Below, piece by piece: positions 17,467 through 22,991 of a stretch of DNA of 37,333 bases. A model generated the notes under the pieces. The model was not told the DNA's origin and ran no database searches. It was given only the letters and a program-made list of their open reading frames with translations. Source of the stretch: an uncultured Desulfobulbaceae bacterium. GTDB lineage: Bacteria; Desulfobacterota; Desulfobulbia; Desulfobulbales; Desulfobulbaceae. A program made the translations under genes and the position numbers. The first letter of the stretch is position 1. Every line of letters starts with the position of its first letter. Location of the stretch: contig CALZIH010000016.1 in NCBI GenBank assembly GCA_945787305.1, positions 1-37,333 of the forward strand, in the 5' to 3' direction.

Positions 17467-18228
17467 GTGGTTAACCAGAAAGAGGGAATTGAAAGATGTT
17501 TTGGGTATTGCCGACAGTGTGATCGAATCCATAGTCTGGAGAGTCTGTTCGCAAGCAGGCATGCTCGAGAACTCATTGTACAACTCGATAATTTTGGACA
17601 TATTGATTTCCTTGAACCGAGCAATGGAAGTCAACCATGCTATGCAACAGAGGCCTTGTTTGGGAAGGCTCGCGGCAAGATGTTTGGCGTGTTGCTCTGC
17701 CGGGATGTCTTCGGAAAAGAGATTGTGCTGTACGCCTTTTCCGGACAGTTTAACGGCAGGTGGCGGGTGCCCGGTTGGGTTGACCCCCTGTTTGATGTAG
17801 ACTGTTTTCATCGCTGTAACGACGTCAAGGAAAAAGAGATCAAAGCATTGGGCAGGGAAATGGAAACCCTGCAACCGGGCAGTAAGGAGCATGATGGTTT
17901 GCGCCGCCGACGTAAAGCGCTTTCCCAGTCTTTGATGAGGGAAATCTTTGCCCTCTATCGTCTGCCCAATTTCAGGGGAGAGGAGCGTTCCCTGTACGAA
18001 TTGTTTACCGGCAATGGAGGCGTTCCAACCGGAACCGGAGATTGTTGTGCTCCGAAATTGCTTGCGCATGCAGCAAGGAACAACCTTGTACCGCTCAGTT
18101 TGACAGAGTTTTATTATGGGCGGGAAAATCTTTCGCGTAGCTGCATGCATAAACAGTTTTATCCACCATGCACGACAAGGTGCCTGCCGATTTTAGGTCA
18201 TATGCTCTGTGGTGTCGAAGATGTGTGA
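17467..18228 (+). CDS. Cys-rich deaminase-like domain protein (stand-alone version of a module seen N-terminal to some RluA-type synthases)
   Basis: 253-aa ORF with a GTG start 4 nt after the DUF2905 stop. Motifs: CFGYCRQC near the N-terminus, GKMFGVLL, YAFSGQFNG, GDCCAPKLLAHA and, 41 residues later, PPCTTRC. Its stop overlaps the downstream RluA start. Confidence 0.7.
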   Translation: MVNQKEGIERCFGYCRQCDRIHSLESLFASRHARELIVQLDNFGHIDFLEPSNGSQPCYATEALFGKARGKMFGVLLCRDVFGKEIVLYAFSGQFNGRWRVPGWVDPLFDVDCFHRCNDVKEKEIKALGREMETLQPGSKEHDGLRRRRKALSQSLMREIFALYRLPNFRGEERSLYELFTGNGGVPTGTGDCCAPKLLAHAARNNLVPLSLTEFYYGRENLSRSCMHKQFYPPCTTRCLPILGHMLCGVEDV

Positions 18229-18874
18229 TGATATGGAAAATGGCTTGACGGTTATTCATGCCAATTCCCAATTCGTGGTGATCGACAAACCAGCCGGCTT
18301 GTTATCCGTCCCCGGTCGTGGCCCTGACAAACAGGACTGTGTGGTTCGTCGGGTGCAACAGCAGTTTCCGGGTTGTCCCGAGCAACCGGCCGTACATCGC
18401 CTGGATATGGATACTTCCGGACTTATAATCCTCGCCCGTACGGATCAGGCGCATCGGGAACTATCCCGCCTGTTTGCCCATCGACGGGTACACAAGACGT
18501 ACTTTGCCATCCTTGATGGAGTTATTCTTGACACGCAGGGGGTGATAGAACTTGCCTTCAGGCTTGATCCGGAAAATCGACCACGCCAGATCCATGACCC
18601 TGTGCATGGTAAACTCGGGACTACCAGCTGGCGTAGAATTTCCATCCAAGACGGTAAGACATGGATGGAGTTTATCCCTGTTACAGGCCGTACCCATCAA
18701 CTCAGGCTTCATGCAGCCCATGAGCTTGGTCTGGGCTGCCCGATTGTCGGCGACCGTCTTTATGGCACCAGAAAACCGGGTCAGCGCATGTTGCTTCATG
18801 CCGCTCAACTGCGCTTTGTGCACCCGCAGACTGGAGAACCTGTAGAATTTATCTCTGAAGTTCCGTTTTTTTAA
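18221..18874 (+). CDS. RluA-family pseudouridine synthase
   Basis: VIDKPAGLLSVPG, catalytic-Asp motif HRLDMDTSGLIILAR, KTYFAILDG, GRTHQLRLHAA. Start candidates are GTG 18209, ATG 18221 (ATGTGTGA overlap with the upstream stop) and ATG 18233. Confidence 0.9.
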   Translation: MCDDMENGLTVIHANSQFVVIDKPAGLLSVPGRGPDKQDCVVRRVQQQFPGCPEQPAVHRLDMDTSGLIILARTDQAHRELSRLFAHRRVHKTYFAILDGVILDTQGVIELAFRLDPENRPRQIHDPVHGKLGTTSWRRISIQDGKTWMEFIPVTGRTHQLRLHAAHELGLGCPIVGDRLYGTRKPGQRMLLHAAQLRFVHPQTGEPVEFISEVPFF

Positions 18875-19109
18875 TGCTGATTACCATCAACGTTCAGCTA
18901 GTCCTGCTCGGCGAGGGGACTGATTTTATTTTTCTATACCGGGGACAGAATACTATTTCATCACAGATAACTATTCAACTGCTTGTACCCAATTTGTATA
19001 TAGAAAAAAATGATATCTGTCTCCCGGATTTGTGAAAAAATTCAGCACCCTACTTCGAAGGCAGCATAGGCAATTCTACTTTCAAGCTGAGTTTTGATGG
19101 TAATCACAA
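18875..19109 (+). mobile_element. MITE-like element C (235 bp) with nested inverted repeats
   Basis: Termini TGCTGATTACCATCAACGTTCAGCT versus reverse complement of the right end TTGTGATTACCATCAAAACTCAGCT (20/25 identical, 13-bp perfect core). Flanked by the 7-bp direct repeat TTTTTAA (18868-18874 and 19110-19116). Internal second inverted pair CCGGGGACAGA (18949-18959) / TCTGTCTCCCGG (19016-19027). Single copy in this window. Confidence 0.45.
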
Positions 19110-19233
19110 TTTTTAAGTGTTCGTTTTCTTTCTCTTGAATTTGTCGATTGTCCGTAATGAATATCTACAAAGGCCGGTTTGCCGGACCGTTGTAGAGTGG
19201 GGTATACTTACGGAAACATGTCTTGAGAAGTGT

Positions 19234-19265
19234 GCAGCCGGCAGGATGTGGATTTTGCCGGCTGC
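19234..19265 (-). terminator. GC-rich hairpin downstream of EF-hand gene 1 (possible terminator, no U-tract)
   Basis: 9-bp perfect stem GCAGCCGGC/GCCGGCTGC with a 14-nt loop, 25 nt after the stop at 19290. Confidence 0.25.
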
Positions 19266-19289
19266 AATCAGAACAATGAGATATGGACA

Positions 19290-19517
19290 TTAACCGTGAT
19301 ACATAGCCAGCGCCCGGTACTCATCCGTGCTCAGCTTGAAGTTTTCATCGAAATCGAACCGCATGAAGAGTTCCGTTGTAATGCCAGCCGTTGTTGCTTC
19401 ATGTCGAGAAATAGCCCCATCGTCATTCATATCGATTAAATCAAAACCAGGGGCGGTGGCAAAAGCGGGAACCGCGATAAAAATGAGAAAGAGGCTAAAT
19501 GCCATTATTTTATACAT
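19290..19517 (-). CDS. Small secreted EF-hand pair protein (75 aa)
   Basis: Signal peptide MAFSLFLIFIAVPAFA. Two canonical 12-residue Ca-binding loops, DMNDDGAISRHE and DFDENFKLSTDE. SD AAGGAG 6 nt upstream of the ATG. Confidence 0.75.
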   Translation of the reverse strand: MYKIMAFSLFLIFIAVPAFATAPGFDLIDMNDDGAISRHEATTAGITTELFMRFDFDENFKLSTDEYRALAMYHG

Positions 19518-19570
19518 GATGAACTCCTTTGTAACCGTTATTCAGGAAAAAAAATTGTAACGTAAATATT

Positions 19571-19671
19571 GTCGGTGTCGCAAAAAGCCTCGCCACCGAC
19601 GGCGGACAGGTTATAACGCATTGTTTTTCCGTACTGTGCAATTTGCGTTTTTGACTTTTTACGAGACCATC
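19571..19671 (-). mobile_element. MITE-like element, family B, copy 2 (101 bp, inverted relative to copy 1)
   Basis: Same length and about 85% similar by eye to 6892-6992. TIRs GATGGTCTCGTAAAAAG / GTCGGTGTCGCAAAAAG (13/17 match). Flanked by the 7-bp direct repeat AAATATT (19564-19570 and 19672-19678). Confidence 0.65.
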
Positions 19672-19687
19672 AAATATTGAGTTACCT

Positions 19688-19924
19688 CTATAATGAGTTT
19701 TGTGGTTCTGTAAACACCGCCGCGTATTCGTCAATACTCAGCTGCTTGTCCTTGTTAACATCAGCTTGAATAAAGGCCTCGACGCTAATGCCTGCGGCAG
19801 TTATTTCACTTCCTGAAATGGCTCCATTTTGGTCCGTATCGATCTCCTCGAAAGCGACGAGCCCTGCAAATGCAGGAACCGCGATAAGGCTGAGATATAG
19901 AAAGGCGAGCAAGATTTTGTACAT
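19688..19924 (-). CDS. Small secreted EF-hand pair protein (78 aa), paralog of 19290-19517
   Basis: Signal peptide LLAFLYLSLIAVPAFA. EF-hand loops DTDQNGAISGSE and DVNKDKQLSIDE. SD AGGAGG upstream of the ATG. Confidence 0.75.
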   Translation of the reverse strand: MYKILLAFLYLSLIAVPAFAGLVAFEEIDTDQNGAISGSEITAAGISVEAFIQADVNKDKQLSIDEYAAVFTEPQNSL

Positions 19925-20316
19925 GATGTACCTCCTGTAGTTGTTTGTTGTGGTTCACAATTGGACATCGGCTGTTTTACTCAAATGCATGGTTCGTGCC
20001 ATGTTTTTTTATCCTTTGTATTCAAGCATTTATGTGGTTTTTGCTGCTCTGGGGGATAAGGCGTTGTCGTAGCGTGCTGACATTTTATTGAGCAATAACC
20101 GTATCTTGTCAGAATTAGGTAATATTTCATGTGCCTGCTTGGCGACAGGAGGTGAACTTGATGAGGGAGTATCATGCTTTCGAGGTGTTGGCATGTTGGG
20201 CACCAGGGGATATTGTTTGTGAGATCTTGATGGAATATTAATATGTTGCCTTGTTTTTTATTGATCTTTGTAATAGGGTTGGTTGTGGATTATGTATAAC
20301 TGTTTGTTTCAACAAG

Positions 20317-20449
20317 GGTGCCCTGAAAAATGAGGATTTTCGCCTGGTGTCAAGACATGCGAATAATTTTACTATGGGCAGGATATTTCGAGGATAAAAT
20401 TTTGAGCATAACGCCGAGTTCGGGCGAAAATACAATTTTTCAAAATACC
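20317..20449 (-). mobile_element. MITE-like element, family A, copy 2 (133 bp, inverted relative to copy 1)
   Basis: Shares three conserved blocks with 13-186: TTGAAAARTTGTATTTTCGCCCGA, AAATTTTATCCTSGRAATATCCTGCC...GTAAAATTATTCGCATG and GAAAATCCTMATTTTTCARGGCACC. Flanked by the 5-bp direct repeat ACAAG (20312-20316 and 20450-20454). Confidence 0.6.
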
Positions 20450-20512
20450 ACAAGATAAAGCCAAACCTGCCGTAAAACAGGGACGGAAAGCTACGGGATT
20501 CAGCAAGGAATT

Positions 20513-20554
20513 AGCCGAGCTGCCTATTTGACATGGGTGGTTCGGCTTTTTTTT
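20513..20554 (+). terminator. Rho-independent terminator-like hairpin plus T8 with no annotated plus-strand gene upstream
   Basis: 12-bp stem (AGCCGAGCTGCC / GGGTGGTTCGGCT, including 3 G-U pairs), 11-nt loop, then TTTTTTTT (20547-20554). Ends 53 nt before the ATG at 20608. Confidence 0.55.
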
Positions 20555-20607
20555 GGTCGAGATAAAAATGCTGCATGAAAACCATGCTCTATGCGAAGGA
20601 GGATATC

Positions 20608-21741
20608 ATGAAAATCGGGGCACCGCTGGAAACAGCGCAGGGGAAAGAGTCGGCAAAGGATGCATTTGCACCGAGCGACCAGGGGCAGAGCAAAACCCGA
20701 GCAGATCAGCGGATACAGCTCAATCATCTCCTTCGCGAATTGCGTGAAGAAGTGCGCGACCTCGCTGATTTTGTCGGTAAGGTTAAACTAGGGTTGACAA
20801 GCATAACCGCTGGTGAAACGTATCTCAAAAAGACAGTGGGGGACATCACGGCACTCTTTCTCGAAATTGAAGAGGTCAATCGTGCATTTCGCAACGACAC
20901 AGTACGTCACATTACCAATTTATGGGAACAAATGCAGGCTAATCCTGTATTGTGCGATCCACAGCAGAATTTGACACAGCAGGAGCTTTTGCACGCCCTG
21001 ACCCTGCTGGAAGATAGGGGTGCAAAAATTGTTTTTGCCGTCGGTCAACTTACAATTCCTCATCGTTTGAACCGCTGGCTGGACAAGGCGCGCACCGGTT
21101 ACTATGTTCCCTTTCATCAATTATTTGAAGATGAGTTGCCCGATCCAAATGATCGCCTACGAGTGCTTCGCACCATCGCCTCGGCGCCTAAAACCTTAAA
21201 GGCCGGGATCGTCTGCTCCGACAATGGGCTTATCTATCGATACAACCCAGAACCCCGTGGTCGGGTCTTAAGCCTGGTTTGGGTGAGTGTGTTGTTCCTT
21301 GCCGTGACCATTCTGGTATGGACTGTCGGTAATAAACATTTAGCGGTACTGCTTCCCGAGCTGCCGTTGGACACAGAGGTGCTTCCTCTCTTGTTACCTG
21401 GCTGGTTTGCAATTCTTTTGGGAGTCCTTGTCCATGTTGCTGTTGCAGGTGTAAAGCGTAGTCGCGAGTCGGGGTTGCCGCCGGTTGTCGCCGTAAAGGA
21501 CTGGATGTTGCTTTTCAGCGCCCGCAAAGGGGACATAGTCGTCAAGATATTGCTAGCTTTAATAGGCCTGTTTGCATTGGTCTTTTTGGTCGGAGGCAAC
21601 CAGTTTACGGTGGCCAGCGCCTTTTTTACCGGCTACAGCCTGGATAGCTTCATAGGCCTGTTTGGTGAATCCATGGATCAGAAGGCTACGGCCCAATTGA
21701 CAACCATGCGAAAAAAATTCGGTTTTAACGATGAAGGATAA
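20608..21741 (+). CDS. Membrane protein of unknown function: ~225-aa helical cytoplasmic N-domain plus ~4 C-terminal TM helices
   Basis: Start set at ATG 20608, which has a strong SD AAGGAGG (20596-20602) at 5-nt spacing (the ORF track starts at 20575). TM segments VLSLVWVSVLFLAVTILVWTV, LLLPGWFAILLGVLVHVAVAG, IVVKILLALIGLFALVFLVGG and FTVASAFFTGYSLDSFIGLF. I recognise no family motif. Confidence 0.7.
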   Translation: MKIGAPLETAQGKESAKDAFAPSDQGQSKTRADQRIQLNHLLRELREEVRDLADFVGKVKLGLTSITAGETYLKKTVGDITALFLEIEEVNRAFRNDTVRHITNLWEQMQANPVLCDPQQNLTQQELLHALTLLEDRGAKIVFAVGQLTIPHRLNRWLDKARTGYYVPFHQLFEDELPDPNDRLRVLRTIASAPKTLKAGIVCSDNGLIYRYNPEPRGRVLSLVWVSVLFLAVTILVWTVGNKHLAVLLPELPLDTEVLPLLLPGWFAILLGVLVHVAVAGVKRSRESGLPPVVAVKDWMLLFSARKGDIVVKILLALIGLFALVFLVGGNQFTVASAFFTGYSLDSFIGLFGESMDQKATAQLTTMRKKFGFNDEG

Positions 21742-21788
21742 TGTGAAATAACAAGAAATAATATGGATGCAGTGGCTTTGATGAAACG

Positions 21789-22424
21789 ATGTCTGTAAAA
21801 ATAGGATTGATCAGTGACATCCATGCCACTGCCACTCCACTTCGGCAAGCATTGGCGATTTTTAAGCAGCAGTCTGTTGATCTGGTTCTCTGTGCAGGAG
21901 ATATAGCGGGTTATGGAGCTGAGCTTGAAAAGAGTGTTGACCTGCTGGTTGCCAACGGCTGTGTAACTATTCTTGGTAATCATGATGTCTGGTATCTTGA
22001 CCATCAGGCTGAAGAGCAAGAAAAAGGAGCTGAAACATTTCTCTACAATTTGCCGGTGACATGGAATTCCACCATAGAGGGAAAACAAATTTATGCGGTT
22101 CATGCAAGTCCTCCCTTTTCAATGTCGAGGGGGATTACCTTACTGGATCAATATGAAAATATTCTGTCAGCCGAGAAAGAACGATGGGCTCATGAATTGA
22201 AAAAATACAATTACGACGTGCTGGTAGTGGGTCATACCCATCAGGTTTTTGCCGAACTGTTGGGGCAGACCCTGGTGATTAACCCGGGGAGCACGACATT
22301 TAATCATACTTGCGCAATTTTGAGCCTTCCTGAGCTGAAGGTCAGCATTGTTCCATTATCAGGAAAAACCCCCAGAAAGGTATGGCACTGGGGAATGATG
22401 AACAAAGAAGAACTCAGCATGTAA
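21789..22424 (+). CDS. Metallophosphoesterase (calcineurin-like, YfcE/MJ0936-type)
   Basis: 211-aa ORF with the full motif set: GLISDIH, CAGDIAGYG, LGNHD, VHASP and VVGHTH. Confidence 0.85.
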   Translation: MSVKIGLISDIHATATPLRQALAIFKQQSVDLVLCAGDIAGYGAELEKSVDLLVANGCVTILGNHDVWYLDHQAEEQEKGAETFLYNLPVTWNSTIEGKQIYAVHASPPFSMSRGITLLDQYENILSAEKERWAHELKKYNYDVLVVGHTHQVFAELLGQTLVINPGSTTFNHTCAILSLPELKVSIVPLSGKTPRKVWHWGMMNKEELSM

Positions 22425-22794
22425 CAACGCCTCCTTTCCTCTTCCCAACCCTCAATGCTTTCTGCCTTGTACTTGGTTGGTAAGGTCATTCCAGTTCGGG
22501 TGTGGTCCCTCTGTTACTTTCATACGAAACCTTAAACCTTTCATTCCCTGCTTTATCTGCCAGGTTCCTGGCTAACTAACCCACGCCGTTAAATGTCCAA
22601 TGCGTATTCTTGACCGATGTTTTTGTTAATTCCTGGGTTGAGTGTTCGGGTGAAGAATTTGCCATGATTCAGCCTCGGTGACATCTGTAAGGCACCTGTA
22701 AGTCGTTACTTGTTGCTGCAACGCATGAGTTTTCCAGGTAGTGCGTGGAACTTTTACCTGACTTTTCAAAGGTAATGGTTATAATTTATCAAGA

Positions 22795-22824
22795 GGTAAA
22801 TTTTCCTAAAGGAAAATTTTTACC
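22795..22824. promoter_or_regulatory. 30-bp near-perfect palindrome upstream of the fad operon (candidate operator)
   Basis: GGTAAATTTTCC-TAAA-GGAAAATTTTTACC; the arms are complementary except for 2 extra T. A second inverted GGTAA/TTACC pair lies at 22754-22775. About 170 nt upstream of the acyl-CoA synthetase ATG, inside a 567-bp non-coding gap. Confidence 0.3.
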
Positions 22825-22991
22825 ATAGTTTTTTGAATAAGGTTATCTGTTGAAGATGGAGATGAAGATGAGGATATACCAGATGTGATCATATCCCTCA
22901 GAGCGTAACCTCTACTAAGGGGAAGCAAAATGGATATCTATCCTCAGTTCCGTCTTTTCATGATTCTTCAGGGTGGAGAAGGGAGCACATC

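Noticed and set aside
13-20449. Inverted family A copies ~20 kb apart as ends of a large transposon (Tn7-like or composite).
   Set aside because: The cargo is core housekeeping (aspS, hisS, pcnB, clpSA, holA). Each copy has its own matching 5-bp TSD, so they inserted independently. No transposase genes are present.
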